NCBI RefSeq assembly: GCF_025345565.1
Contig: NZ_CP054475.1
Coordinates: forward strand, 2,844,006 to 2,876,005
Direction: 5' to 3'
Origin: Thalassolituus hydrocarboniclasticus
Lineage (GTDB): Bacteria; Pseudomonadota; Gammaproteobacteria; Pseudomonadales; Oceanobacteraceae
DNA: 32,000 nucleotides
In this document: one piece after another, positions 1 through 10,112 of the stretch
Numbering within the stretch: position 1 is the stretch's first letter
How the letters are laid out: each line of letters starts with the position of its first letter
Notes under the pieces: model-generated
Database searches by the model: none
Seen by the model: only the letters and a program-made list of their open reading frames with translations
Told to the model about the DNA's origin: nothing
Translations under genes and position numbers: made by a program

Positions 1-421
1 TATTACTGGCAATGGTATCCCGCTGGCGCTGAACGGTGCGGTGCATCTCCCGCATACGATAAAACGAGCTGATTTTTGCCTGTAAAATAATGTGGTTATA
101 AGGTTTGCTGAGAAAGTCATCGCCGCCGGATTCCAGACAATCAGCAAGACTCTGTGCATCAGTAAGAGAGGTAAGAAAGATGACCGGAACAAAATCCTCT
201 CCGGCATCCGCCTTAATTCGACGAGCAGCCTCACGGCCATCCATCACCGGCATCATAACATCCATCAGAATGATATCCGGCCGGTGCTGGTCAAAGGCAT
301 GAACTGCCTCAACACCATTTTCCGCTTCCAGCACCTGATAACCCTGATTACGCACTATGCGCGACAGCACCATCCGGTCAATCTGATTATCATCCGCAAT
401 CAGAACTTTAATGGCATCCAT
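1..421 (-). CDS. Response regulator receiver domain protein, C-terminus cut by the window edge; may continue into an output domain
   Basis: Manual translation of the reverse complement from ATG at 421: MDAIKVLIADDNQIDRMVLSRIVRNQGYQVLEAENGVEAVHAFDQHRPDIILMDVMMPVMDGREAARRIKADAGEDFVPVIFLTSLTDAQSLADCLESGGDDFLSKPYNHIILQAKI. Has acidic pair DD, phosphoacceptor D in LMDVMMP, T/S and K of SKPY. Absent from the ORF track because it is truncated. Confidence 0.93.
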   Translation of the reverse strand, partial: MDAIKVLIADDNQIDRMVLSRIVRNQGYQVLEAENGVEAVHAFDQHRPDIILMDVMMPVMDGREAARRIKADAGEDFVPVIFLTSLTDAQSLADCLESGGDDFLSKPYNHIILQAKISSFYRMREMHRTVQRQRDTIASN

Positions 422-432
422 GCAATGTTAAC

Positions 433-738
433 TTACTGTATTTTGAACAGCTGTTCGAAATTTGAAATCGTCAGTATTTTCCGCACATCCTGGTTACAGT
501 TCACAATGCGTACGTCGGCGTTATCACCACCGGCATGATCCCTTAGCAGTAGTAACATTCCCAGCGCCGAACTATCCAGATAGGATGTTCCACCGAGATC
601 AACAACATAGCTTTGTACATCCGCCGCCATGTTTTCATAAGCATCACGGAATTCCTGATGTGCACTGAAGTCAAAACGTCCGTCGACTTTAATCGTCAGT
701 TCCCGCCCATTCCCTGCAAGAGATGCTTGTACAGTCAT
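433..738 (-). CDS. STAS-domain (anti-sigma factor antagonist-like) protein
   Basis: ORF 433..816; likely start is ATG at 738 (MTVQASLAGNGRELTIKVDGRFDFSAHQEFRDAYENM...YVVDLGGTSYLDSSALGMLLLLRDHAG). The D(x)SxLG..LL phospho-Ser loop is typical of STAS. Ends about 11 bp before the response regulator start. Confidence 0.9.
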   Translation of the reverse strand: MTVQASLAGNGRELTIKVDGRFDFSAHQEFRDAYENMAADVQSYVVDLGGTSYLDSSALGMLLLLRDHAGGDNADVRIVNCNQDVRKILTISNFEQLFKIQ

Positions 739-957
739 CTGTTCTTCTCCACCGGATAATAATGATTCCTTAAACCAAACGGGATTCTTCCGTCTTTGGT
801 TATGCAACAAGAACATTATCCTGAGTTTTGTAATACTTGCCTGACTACAATTTACAGGATTATCTGATTCTGTCGTTATCGCATGATTCCTTCAATAGGT
901 TTAGCACAAAGATGTCTTTTGTCATTGTCGCTTATCACAGCCTGCCACATAAAATTC

Positions 958-1995
958 TTATACCGCTGCCTCCAGCATCAGCTCAGCAATTCGCGACAGA
1001 GGCGCGACTTTATCGACTGCGCCAAGGTCAATTGCGGCCTTAGGCATGCCCCAGACAACACTGCTGGCTTCGTCCTGGGCCAGAGTGTAAGCACCAGCGT
1101 CATGCAACCGCTGCATCGCTTTGGCACCGTCAGCCCCCATGCCTGTAAGCATGACAGCAACCAGACGCTTTCCATCCATTTTTTCAGCCAGATCATCAAA
1201 CATAACCTCAACCGATGGCCGGTGGCGATTTACTTTTTCACCATCATCCAGAATACAGTAATAACTCTGCCCTTCACGACGGAAACGCAGATGGTAATCA
1301 CCATGGGCAATGATCGCCCGGCCAGGCCGAACCTCCAGACCGTCACAGGCCTCACGGACTTCTATCTCCATCGTACGATCGAGACGCATCGCCAGTGAGG
1401 CACTGAATACAGCCGGTATATGCTGCGTAATCACAACAGGAGGGCAATGAGCCGGCAAGCGGCTCAACACTTCCCGGATCGCTTCAGTTCCTCCGGTAGA
1501 TGATCCGATCACAATCCAGCGACGATAATTAACAGACGCCTGCACTACGGGCAGAGGCCTTAATACTTTTGCACTACTCAGGGGCTGCACTCTGGCACGG
1601 GATGCCATGCGGACTTTATCGGTCAAAGCCGCTGCGAAGGACAGAAAGCTTTCTTCATTGTGCGCCTGCGGCTTAGTTATGTAATCTACCGCCCCCATTT
1701 CCAGAGCATCCAGCGTAGCGGGAGCACCGGCTTCAGTCAGAGTAGAGACCATAACCACAGGCATCGGTCGCAGCCGCATCAGGTTATTCAGGAACTGCAG
1801 GCCATTCATTCTTGGCATTTCAACATCCAGAGTCAGAACATCCGGATTCAGCTGCTTGATTTTCTCCCGTGCAATAAAGGGATCAGCCGCCATGCCGATC
1901 ACTTCGATATCCTCAGTGGCATCAAACACTTCTTTAAGCATTTTTCTGATGAGCACCGAGTCATCTATGATTAACAATCTGATCTTATTGCTCAT
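958..1995 (-). CDS. cheB: Chemotaxis response regulator protein-glutamate methylesterase/glutamine deamidase
   Basis: Receiver domain (LLIIDDSVLIRKML...LTLDVEMPRMNGLQFL) plus CheB catalytic motifs (IGSSTGGTEAIREVLSRLP, VITQHIPAVFSASLAMRLD, MLTGMGADGAKAM). Confidence 0.98.
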   Translation of the reverse strand: MSNKIRLLIIDDSVLIRKMLKEVFDATEDIEVIGMAADPFIAREKIKQLNPDVLTLDVEMPRMNGLQFLNNLMRLRPMPVVMVSTLTEAGAPATLDALEMGAVDYITKPQAHNEESFLSFAAALTDKVRMASRARVQPLSSAKVLRPLPVVQASVNYRRWIVIGSSTGGTEAIREVLSRLPAHCPPVVITQHIPAVFSASLAMRLDRTMEIEVREACDGLEVRPGRAIIAHGDYHLRFRREGQSYYCILDDGEKVNRHRPSVEVMFDDLAEKMDGKRLVAVMLTGMGADGAKAMQRLHDAGAYTLAQDEASSVVWGMPKAAIDLGAVDKVAPLSRIAELMLEAAV

Positions 1996-2003
1996 AATTC
2001 CTC

Positions 2004-2657
2004 TCAGAACAGATCAACAGAGGTAGCATCAGGTTCAGATGATTGCGAAACCGCTTTTTTGTATGCTTCTTCCCGAACGATCAGTGTATCGTTCTGCAGT
2101 TGTTTGATACGCCGCACCTTTACAGATCCGGTATCAGGAAAATAAAGAACTTTCCGGGCAAATACATCACCAACATCTGAAGCAACCACGGTAATGTTCT
2201 CATTTGCCAGATAGTTATAGGCAAACAGTATATTACGCTGCCCAATATCACTCATCGAAGCAATCATCTGTCCACCACCAAACAGTTTTACTTCCAGATT
2301 TTCGCGCCGGCCGCCCCGCTTGAGTATCTCGTTAATCAGATATTCCATAGCCCAGTTGCCATAGCGGGAAGCATGGGTTGATGGATTTGTTCCCCATACA
2401 TCTGATGAATGCTCACCCTGCTCAGGAAGCATAAAATGATTCATCCCACCAATACCACGGACACGATCACGGATACAGGCTGCAATACATGAACCAAGCA
2501 CTGTTACGATCATTTCACCATGTGTTGAGACATAGAATTCTCCCGGAAGGATTTTTGCAGCCCAGGTCTGATGAACGTTATCCCAGTAACGGTTAACATG
2601 CTCAAACCCTGCACTGACAGGTGGCTGAACCGGACGTCCGGATAGAATCATGGTCAT
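2004..2657 (-). CDS. cheD: Chemoreceptor glutamine deamidase CheD
   Basis: CheD motifs: VTVLGSCIAACIRDRVRGIGGMNHFMLP; AMEYLINEILKRGGRRENLEVKLFGGG. Confidence 0.96.
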   Translation of the reverse strand: MTMILSGRPVQPPVSAGFEHVNRYWDNVHQTWAAKILPGEFYVSTHGEMIVTVLGSCIAACIRDRVRGIGGMNHFMLPEQGEHSSDVWGTNPSTHASRYGNWAMEYLINEILKRGGRRENLEVKLFGGGQMIASMSDIGQRNILFAYNYLANENITVVASDVGDVFARKVLYFPDTGSVKVRRIKQLQNDTLIVREEAYKKAVSQSSEPDATSVDLF

Positions 2658-3511
2658 TTTATTTTCCGGTAGATAGTATTTCCCAATGATTCAAATCGAT
2701 CAGTTATCCCAGATAGATTTTCTGAGTGCCCGATCATGAGGTGTCCTCCGATGGGCAGAAGATCGGCATACCGGTCGAAAAGAATCCGCTGTGTATCTTT
2801 ATTAAAATAAATAACAACATTACGGCAGAAAATCACATCAAACGGGCCTTTAACAGGCCAGTTTTCGAGAAGGTTCAGGCGCTTGAAATAAACCAGACTC
2901 CTGATTTCATCTTTAACCTGAACCGAGCGTTCATCACGACTACGCAGGAAGAATCTCTTAACTAACCCCTGCTCCAGCCCTTCAACATGAGATGCCGGAT
3001 ATACTCCGGAGCGGCCGGTGTCCAGTACATTAGAGTCCAGATCCGTAGCCAGAATTTTGATATCCCAGTCTGACGGAAAACCAACCTGCCGGAGAGTAAT
3101 TGCAATTGAGTAGGCTTCCTGTCCGATAGAGCAACCTGCCGACCAGATACGTAATCGCTTGCGCTCTTTGTTAGCAAATCTCAACTGCGGAAACAGCGCT
3201 TCCTTCAGAAAAGTGAAATGATGTTCTTCACGAAAGAAAGAAGTCAGATTCGTTGTCAGCGAATTAATGAATTCTGTGGATTCAGCATCCAGATTCTTCT
3301 CCAGATAATCAAGATACTGACGAAAGGTAGAATAGCCGCACGCCCGAACACGTCGGGCAATCCGGCTGTAGACCATATTACGTTTATGGTTTCCCAGAAC
3401 AATACCTGTGAGTTCTCCCGCCAGATGAGCGATCTGTGCGAAGTCCTCATCGGTCATCAGGAATTCACGGACTTCGCTGCCAGCCTCCGGCGCTACAATT
3501 TGCATAGTCAT
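2654..3511 (-). CDS. cheR: Chemotaxis protein methyltransferase CheR
   Basis: CheR N-terminal domain and SAM-binding motif RIWSAGCSIGQEAYSIAI; LLPIGGHLMIGHSENL near the C-terminus. Confidence 0.97.
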   Translation of the reverse strand: MTMQIVAPEAGSEVREFLMTDEDFAQIAHLAGELTGIVLGNHKRNMVYSRIARRVRACGYSTFRQYLDYLEKNLDAESTEFINSLTTNLTSFFREEHHFTFLKEALFPQLRFANKERKRLRIWSAGCSIGQEAYSIAITLRQVGFPSDWDIKILATDLDSNVLDTGRSGVYPASHVEGLEQGLVKRFFLRSRDERSVQVKDEIRSLVYFKRLNLLENWPVKGPFDVIFCRNVVIYFNKDTQRILFDRYADLLPIGGHLMIGHSENLSGITDRFESLGNTIYRKIK

Positions 3512-3521
3512 AAATCAGCAA

Positions 3522-6047
3522 TCAGAACTCTGCCCATTCATCATCGTCATCCTTAACAGACAAGCCCATGTTTTTCTGACCATGAGTGTGCCCTCCGTTT
3601 TGAGCAACAACTGCAGGTTTAGGCGCTGAAACCGGAGTTAATGCTGGTGCCATTTGACGCGGGTGGCCATCAACACTGAAGAACTCCATCATCTGCAGCA
3701 TGGACTGAGCCTGTTCAGCCATAGCCTCACCTGCAGCCGAAGCCTCTTCAACCAATGCAGCATTTTGCTGGGTCATTTCGTCCATTTGAGCGACGGCACT
3801 GTTTACCTGCTCAATACCGGACGATTGCTCTCTGGCTGCCGTACTGATTTCCTGAATCATCACCGACACCCGATCCACAGCCTGGATAATTTCACTCAGT
3901 GTTTTCCCTGATTCGTTAACCAGCGATGTACCCGCATCAACCTTATCAACACTGTCACGGATCAGATCTTTAATTTCACGGGCGGCACCTGCTGAGCGCT
4001 GCGCCAGATTACGGACTTCGCCCGCAACTACCGCAAAGCCACGGCCCTGCTCACCTGCTCTTGCTGCTTCAACCGCAGCATTAAGAGCCAGAAGGTTGGT
4101 CTGGAAGGCAATTTCATCAATCACACTGATAATATCTGCGATCTTTTTACTGGCCGCATTAATCTCATCCATTGCGACCACAGCTTTGCTGACAACATCC
4201 CCGCCGACCTGAGCTTTTTGTTTCGCAGAGCTGGCCAGCTCATTGGCATGTACTGAGTTTTCGCTGGTTTGCTTCACAGCACTGGTCATCTCTTCCATGC
4301 TGGAAGCGGTTTCTTCCAGACTGGATGCCTGCGATTCTGTCCGCTTACTCAGATCGGCATTACCCTGAGCGATTTCACTGGCACCGGTTGAAACCGTTGA
4401 TGCCGCTTCACGGATACGCGTAATAATATCGGTCAGACGATCAACGGTAGCGTTAGCATCCTGCTTGAGCTTATCGAATGCCCCCTGATAATCATCGTCA
4501 ATTTTTCGCGTTAAATTTCCATGTGCAAGTGCATCAAATACACGGATTGTGTCGCTGATAACACTATCGGCGATGGTCAGCAGACGATTCAGCCCCTGAC
4601 CAAGGTTCAGGAAAAATCCTTCCTTGCCGCTCAGATCAATACGACGGGAGAGATCACCGGAAGCTGCTGCTTCTACAATACGATCAATTTCCTGTTCAGC
4701 CGATACCTCATCGGTACGGTCTTTCCATTCGACAATAGTGCCGATGCGTTCTTTTTCATCATTGAAAATTGGGTTAGCAATCAGACCAAAGGTACGGCCA
4801 CCGACAGTGATCTGGGTTTTATAGGTATTCTGCAAGGCAGCCAGCATAGTGCGCTGGTGCTCCGGCCGCTTATGGAAGACATCAATATTCTGTCCTTCCA
4901 AGCGACTTGCATCGAATCCGGGGATATCCAGCCGTAAATCAGATTCGGCATTCTTCATCATGCTTTTTACAGCCTGATTCATGTATACGATGTGCAAGTC
5001 ATTGTCCGCGATCATCGCATTAGTAGTGACAACATCCAGCGCCTGCTTAACACGGGCATTACTGTCAGCCATCTGCTTTTCACTCGCCAGGCGGGCAAGC
5101 TCTGCAGTCATATCCTGCCATTCGACGACAGTGCCAAGGCGTTCACTTTTCTCATTGAATACCGGTGAGGCGACAAGGTTAAAAGTCCGGCCTCCTACAG
5201 AAATTCTGGTCTGATAAATACTTTTCAGACTGCTCAGCATTGCACGCTGATGTTCAGGGTTTTTGTGGAATATATCGATATTCGATCCCAGCACCTTATC
5301 GACAGAGAAATGCGGAAGATCCTTCTTAAGATCTGATTCCGCCTGACTGAGCATTTCCTGAACAGAGCCGTTAAGATAAATAACATTGTTGTTCTCATCA
5401 GCCATCATGACATTGGCCTGACACACATCCAATGCCTGCTTAATACGCTGATTTTCCTGAGAGAGTCTTTGCTCACGCTCCTCCTGACGTAAAGCTTCTG
5501 TCTGATCCAGCCACTCAACAACCGTTCCGAGACGTGAACCTGAAGATGAAAAAAGAGGTGTAGCTATCAGGTTAAAAGACCGGCCACCAACTTTGATGTT
5601 GGCGTTATATTTCGTTTTGAGTGATGCAATCATGGATTTCTGGTGCGAAGGATCCTTATGAAATACATCCATATTCGTTCCCAGCAGAGTCCTTACAGAG
5701 AATGCAGGAAGATCCTTCTGAATATCACTCTCGGCTGCATTCAGCATTTCCTTCACCGAATCATTCAGATAACGGATGTTATTCTGAGAGTCTGCAATCA
5801 TTACATTGGTATTGCATACTTCGAGAGCTTTACTCAGACGCTCAGATTCTTCTGCAGAAGCACCTGAAATTCCTCCTCGCCCGGATTGATAACTGATACC
5901 GGCACTTACGGCCAGGGCAATCAAACTGACAAGGAGATTTACAACCGTGTCGTCAGTGCGGTTAACCGATAAATATAACAACGCCAGAATCACCGGAGAA
6001 AGTGGTATGGCAACAGATAGAAACGGATTTTTCATTGCATTGTTCAT
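3522..6047 (-). CDS. Methyl-accepting chemotaxis protein with two N-terminal TM helices, three tandem PAS-like modules, HAMP-like linker and C-terminal EWAEF pentapeptide
   Basis: ORF 3522..6080; start probably ATG 6047 or 6035, since the 6080 start would overlap cheW. MCP hairpin motif [39 protein letters not shown]-like stretch present as [52 protein letters not shown]. Confidence 0.96.
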   Translation of the reverse strand: MNNAMKNPFLSVAIPLSPVILALLYLSVNRTDDTVVNLLVSLIALAVSAGISYQSGRGGISGASAEESERLSKALEVCNTNVMIADSQNNIRYLNDSVKEMLNAAESDIQKDLPAFSVRTLLGTNMDVFHKDPSHQKSMIASLKTKYNANIKVGGRSFNLIATPLFSSSGSRLGTVVEWLDQTEALRQEEREQRLSQENQRIKQALDVCQANVMMADENNNVIYLNGSVQEMLSQAESDLKKDLPHFSVDKVLGSNIDIFHKNPEHQRAMLSSLKSIYQTRISVGGRTFNLVASPVFNEKSERLGTVVEWQDMTAELARLASEKQMADSNARVKQALDVVTTNAMIADNDLHIVYMNQAVKSMMKNAESDLRLDIPGFDASRLEGQNIDVFHKRPEHQRTMLAALQNTYKTQITVGGRTFGLIANPIFNDEKERIGTIVEWKDRTDEVSAEQEIDRIVEAAASGDLSRRIDLSGKEGFFLNLGQGLNRLLTIADSVISDTIRVFDALAHGNLTRKIDDDYQGAFDKLKQDANATVDRLTDIITRIREAASTVSTGASEIAQGNADLSKRTESQASSLEETASSMEEMTSAVKQTSENSVHANELASSAKQKAQVGGDVVSKAVVAMDEINAASKKIADIISVIDEIAFQTNLLALNAAVEAARAGEQGRGFAVVAGEVRNLAQRSAGAAREIKDLIRDSVDKVDAGTSLVNESGKTLSEIIQAVDRVSVMIQEISTAAREQSSGIEQVNSAVAQMDEMTQQNAALVEEASAAGEAMAEQAQSMLQMMEFFSVDGHPRQMAPALTPVSAPKPAVVAQNGGHTHGQKNMGLSVKDDDDEWAEF

Positions 6048-6048
6048 A

Positions 6049-6588
6049 TTATTCGGCCTCAGATCCCTGATAAGATTCATGCCTTAAAATAGCGCCATCT
6101 TCAAAACTGCCCTGGATAGACAAGAGCTTGCCTACATCAAGAAGAATGACCATTTTCTCGTTAACGTTAACCAGCCCTTTTATAAATCCTGAATTTTTGT
6201 CTTCGGTAAGTTCCGGCGGTTTACGTGTGGATGCATCTGCAATGGTATAAACATCAGACACAGCATCGACCACGATTCCCATAACCCGCTCACCGCTATC
6301 GCGTTCAACTTTCAGAATAATGACAACCGTCACAGGGCTGTATTCAATACGTTTAAGACCAAAACGGATACGCAAGTCCATAATCGGTACAATTGTTCCA
6401 CGGAGATTAATAACACCACGGATGTACTCAGGCGCATTGGGTATCAGGGTTGATTCTTCCCAGCCCCGTATTTCCTGAACAGCAAGAATATCAACACCAT
6501 ATTCTTCATCTGACATCATGAAAGTAAGATATTGCTGTTCATCGGCAGTACCCGATTCACTTTTTCCTGAACTTGTTACAACATCCAT
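6049..6588 (-). CDS. cheW: Chemotaxis coupling protein CheW
   Basis: [58 protein letters not shown] is typical CheW. Confidence 0.97.
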   Translation of the reverse strand: MDVVTSSGKSESGTADEQQYLTFMMSDEEYGVDILAVQEIRGWEESTLIPNAPEYIRGVINLRGTIVPIMDLRIRFGLKRIEYSPVTVVIILKVERDSGERVMGIVVDAVSDVYTIADASTRKPPELTEDKNSGFIKGLVNVNEKMVILLDVGKLLSIQGSFEDGAILRHESYQGSEAE

Positions 6589-6596
6589 AATATTTC

Positions 6597-8717
6597 CTAT
6601 GCTGCCTGATCTGGCCGGGCATGGCCCGTCACAGATTTATCCAGATTTTTACCGACGTCAGAAACATCAATAATTAATGCAACGGTTCCATCACCAAGAA
6701 TAGTAGCGCCAGATACCCCGGTAACTCTCTGATAGTTTTGTTCCAGACTTTTAATAACAACCTGCTGCTGGCCGAGAAGATCATCAACAACAATGCCTAT
6801 CTTTTCATTATCACCCTCGACCACGACCAGCATCGGGTTTTCGAACTCATCCTCAGTAGCGCGAAGATTGAACAGTTCATCAAGGCGAACAATTGGGATG
6901 TATTCATCCCGTAGTTTCATCACATACTGACTGCCAGTCACATGATTCAGCGAGCGCTTCTGCAGCTGAATGGACTCAACAATAGAAACCAGAGGGAAAA
7001 TATAGGTTTCGTCTTTCACCTTAACCAGCTGACCATCAAGAATCGCCAGGGTCAGCGGTAAACGAATGATGAAGGTAGATCCTTTACCAAGTTTGGATTT
7101 CACCTCAATACTGCCATTAAGCTCAGTGATATTACGCCGGACAACATCCATTCCGACACCGCGACCGGAGATATCACTAACGACATCGGCGGTAGAAAAC
7201 CCCGGGAGGAAAATAAGCTGATGGATCTCTTCACTGCTGAGTTCCTGAGTTTCCGGAATCAGTTTTTTCTGCCTGGCTTTATTTAAAATCCGCTCTTCAT
7301 TCAGCCCGGCGCCATCGTCTTTTACTTCAATAACGATATTACCGCCCTGATGATAAGCGTTCAGAGTGATAGTCCCCTCTGCAGGTTTACCGGCAGCCAG
7401 ACGCTGTTCCGTTGTTTCCAGACCATGATCAAGAGAATTACGTACCAGATGTACCAATGGATCGCCGATTTTTTCCATCACGGTTTTATCCAGCTCGGTA
7501 TTTTCACCCAGCATGACCAGATTTACCTGTTTTCCCAGCTGTCCGCCCAGGTCACGAACCAGACGCGGGAAGCGGCTGAACGCGAAACTGATCGGCATCA
7601 TGCGGATCTTCATCACGCTTTCCTGCAGCTCTCGGGTATTCTGTTCTAACTGCGCAAGTCCTTCCTGCAGGCGGGCAAGACGGCTCATATCAAAATCCTG
7701 CCCCAATTGTCCGAGCATAGACTGAGTAATAACCAGCTCACCGACCATATTAATAAGACTGTCGACTTTATCGATGGATACCCGGATAGATGAAGGCTCA
7801 TTAGATTTAACAGCCGCACGGGGAGTCGCAGCAGGTGCGGGTTTATTAGCTGCAGATGCGCTGAGTGCCTCTGTAACTTTATCCGGTATTGCCGGAGCAG
7901 TTAGCTCCGCACTGATGTCAGAGGGTTCTGTTTCTGCCTCCGCCTGGTCTGCCAGCGCAGTACCGTCATCGGCGGCAACGGCTGATAACGGCTGATATTC
8001 AATCTCACAATCATCTGCAACCCATTCAAATACACCGGAGATATCATCGCGACTGGTATCGCCACGCACTTCCAGAATCCAGCTGAGGTAACATTGTTCA
8101 GGATGCAGGCTGGTAAACTCAGGCAGATTATCGGTTACCGGGGTTACGCTCAGATTGTCGGCACCGACCAGTTCCTGCAGTTCGCGGAACATACGGAATG
8201 GTTCGTTACCGGTTTGCAGAATATCTTCTGCCGGACGGAAAATAATGCGCCAGCCCTGAATGCTACTGTCTGCTGATGTTTCCTCCGGTTCCTGCCGTTC
8301 TGAAGGTACTTGCTGCTCAGCGTCCGAAGGCTGCTTCAGTATTTTTTCAAAGCTGGATTTTAACGCAGCTGCGCGTTCACCATCCGGTTCCGAGCCAGCC
8401 TGAAGACTACCAAGCATCGCCCGCAGACAGTCAACTGACTGCAGAAAAAGATCAATATAATCACGCTGCATACTGCGGCTGCCACTGCGGATTTCATCCA
8501 GTAGTGTTTCTACGACATGGGTAAATTCCGAAACCTGCATAAAGCCAAAGGTACCGGCACCACCTTTAATTGAGTGAGCAGCACGAAAAATAGTATTAAC
8601 ACTTTCCGCATCGACTTCCTGCGGCTGCAGGTCCAGCAATTGACTCTCCATCACATCGAGTCCTTCGAAGCTTTCTTCGAAGAAGATTTGATGAAACTGC
8701 GAAAGATCGATGCTCAT
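6597..8717 (-). CDS. cheA: Chemotaxis histidine kinase CheA
   Basis: HPt domain (IFRAAHSIKGGAGTFGF), H-box/dimerisation, HATPase motifs (HLVRNSLDHGLE, GRGVGMDVVRRNI, GKGSTFIIRLPLTLAIL), CheW-like C-terminal domain. Confidence 0.98.
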   Translation of the reverse strand: MSIDLSQFHQIFFEESFEGLDVMESQLLDLQPQEVDAESVNTIFRAAHSIKGGAGTFGFMQVSEFTHVVETLLDEIRSGSRSMQRDYIDLFLQSVDCLRAMLGSLQAGSEPDGERAAALKSSFEKILKQPSDAEQQVPSERQEPEETSADSSIQGWRIIFRPAEDILQTGNEPFRMFRELQELVGADNLSVTPVTDNLPEFTSLHPEQCYLSWILEVRGDTSRDDISGVFEWVADDCEIEYQPLSAVAADDGTALADQAEAETEPSDISAELTAPAIPDKVTEALSASAANKPAPAATPRAAVKSNEPSSIRVSIDKVDSLINMVGELVITQSMLGQLGQDFDMSRLARLQEGLAQLEQNTRELQESVMKIRMMPISFAFSRFPRLVRDLGGQLGKQVNLVMLGENTELDKTVMEKIGDPLVHLVRNSLDHGLETTEQRLAAGKPAEGTITLNAYHQGGNIVIEVKDDGAGLNEERILNKARQKKLIPETQELSSEEIHQLIFLPGFSTADVVSDISGRGVGMDVVRRNITELNGSIEVKSKLGKGSTFIIRLPLTLAILDGQLVKVKDETYIFPLVSIVESIQLQKRSLNHVTGSQYVMKLRDEYIPIVRLDELFNLRATEDEFENPMLVVVEGDNEKIGIVVDDLLGQQQVVIKSLEQNYQRVTGVSGATILGDGTVALIIDVSDVGKNLDKSVTGHARPDQAA

Positions 8718-8722
8718 ACCGG

Positions 8723-9085
8723 TTACCCCAGAACGCGTTTGATCGTGCTCAGAAGCTGTTCCGGATTAAAAGGTTTTACAATCCACCCTGTTGCTCCGGC
8801 CTGCTTTCCCTGTGCTTTTACGTCTCCAGCCGATTCAGTCGTCAGCATAAGTACGGGCACAAACTTATAATCGGCCAGTTGGCGTAATTCCTTAACTAAT
8901 TCGATGCCATTCATATTCGGCATGTTCACATCGGACAGCACCAGGTCATATTTTTTCTTACTGGCAAATTCCAGCGCCTGTACGCCATCGCAGGCCTCCT
9001 GCACATCATGCCCGGCACCACGAAGGGTAAAAGACACCATCTGTCGCATGGATGCAGAGTCATCGACAGCTAAAATACTCGCCAT
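8723..9085 (-). CDS. cheY: Chemotaxis response regulator CheY
   Basis: Stand-alone receiver domain: MASILAVDDSASMRQMVSFTL...LVLSDVNMPNMNGIELV...LMLTTES...GWIVKPFNPEQLL. Confidence 0.96.
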   Translation of the reverse strand: MASILAVDDSASMRQMVSFTLRGAGHDVQEACDGVQALEFASKKKYDLVLSDVNMPNMNGIELVKELRQLADYKFVPVLMLTTESAGDVKAQGKQAGATGWIVKPFNPEQLLSTIKRVLG

Positions 9086-9134
9086 ATTACAGCTCCTGTT
9101 GTTTAAAAATCGTTCAAGGCCCGGCAGGTTAATC

Positions 9135-9416
9135 TTATTCGCTAAGATTTAATTCGCTGGTCAGCCCAAGATAAGCAGAGATTTCCCGCACCGAATCGCT
9201 GACACTTTGCCAGTGAATTCTGTGGCCGGTTTTTTCCAGCGTTCTTTGCAGCGACAGCACCAGCTGAAGACCCGCCGTATCACAATATTGCACCTGACCT
9301 GCTATCAGACTGATATCTCCAGCGGTGGCCAATGCCTGCTCGGCGCTGGCATACAGCTTTTCAACCTGTTCAATACTGAGCCGTTCGCCGCAGTCGATGG
9401 TGACGCTATCAGTCAT
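9135..9416 (-). CDS. STAS-domain protein, first gene of the chemosensory operon
   Basis: MTDSVTIDCGERLSIEQVEKLYASAEQALATAGDISLIAGQVQYCDTAGLQLVLSLQRTLEKTG has the STAS (MlaB/SpoIIAA-like) pattern VQYCDTAGLQLV. Confidence 0.85.
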   Translation of the reverse strand: MTDSVTIDCGERLSIEQVEKLYASAEQALATAGDISLIAGQVQYCDTAGLQLVLSLQRTLEKTGHRIHWQSVSDSVREISAYLGLTSELNLSE

Positions 9417-9647
9417 AGCAAAGCCCTACATAATGTCTGATAACTAAGATTAGACGCTGATTACAAAGCTGCTAGAGATTCTGCATATAACAGCTTATTC
9501 AGGGGATATTCTGTGGAGGAAAAATGCGTGAAAGATAAAAACTGCTGCAATATGACGGAAAAATGATCACTTCAGCCGCGTTAGTTGCAGGGGGCAACAA
9601 ACGGATAGCGGAGCTCTTTGTCAGTCTTATGCATTAGGTAATGGGGG

Positions 9648-10112
9648 TTAATCTTTATTAACAGAAGTGCGCTGGAATGCGGCGCGGTTTGCCCATTCAT
9701 CAGACTGTTTCTGTAATTCTTTATCTGCTTGCTGCTCGTACTCTCTGTCCAGCCTGTCCATTAATCCGGACAGCGCTTTGACCTTGCCATGATGCTCAAG
9801 ATACTGGCGACGCGCAGCATCTGTGCGATCCTGCAGCAGTCTGATCTGTTCATTCTGAGTCCGGAGTGCGGTTTCAATCTGGCCAATAAAGCCCAGCGTA
9901 TTGTGCAGAAAGCCAGAGCTGAGCGCTTTGCCTGTCGGTGACGACAACTGCTGCTGATACTCGTTGGCATATCCGGTAAGTTGTGCCCGCTGCTGCTCTT
10001 CCTGCTGTAGCTTTTGCTGCAACCGGCCCCATTCCTGCAGTGCCTGCTGCTCGGCTTTTTCTGCCATATCAAGCAGCACCTGCAGACGGCGGGCACGCGG
10101 ATGCTTTCTCAC
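9648..10112 (-). CDS. fliJ: Flagellar export protein FliJ
   Basis: About 150 aa charged coiled-coil protein directly downstream of fliI; ATG overlaps the fliI stop. Confidence 0.9.
   Translation of the reverse strand: MRKHPRARRLQVLLDMAEKAEQQALQEWGRLQQKLQQEEQQRAQLTGYANEYQQQLSSPTGKALSSGFLHNTLGFIGQIETALRTQNEQIRLLQDRTDAARRQYLEHHGKVKALSGLMDRLDREYEQQADKELQKQSDEWANRAAFQRTSVNKD

Noticed and set aside
883-1398. 171 aa plus-strand ORF antisense to cheB
   Set aside because: Overlaps the well-supported cheB; no domain signature.
9761-10096. 111 aa alternative-frame ORF inside fliJ
   Set aside because: Same strand as fliJ in a different frame with Cys/Arg-rich composition; the fliJ frame is coherent and correctly spaced relative to fliI.
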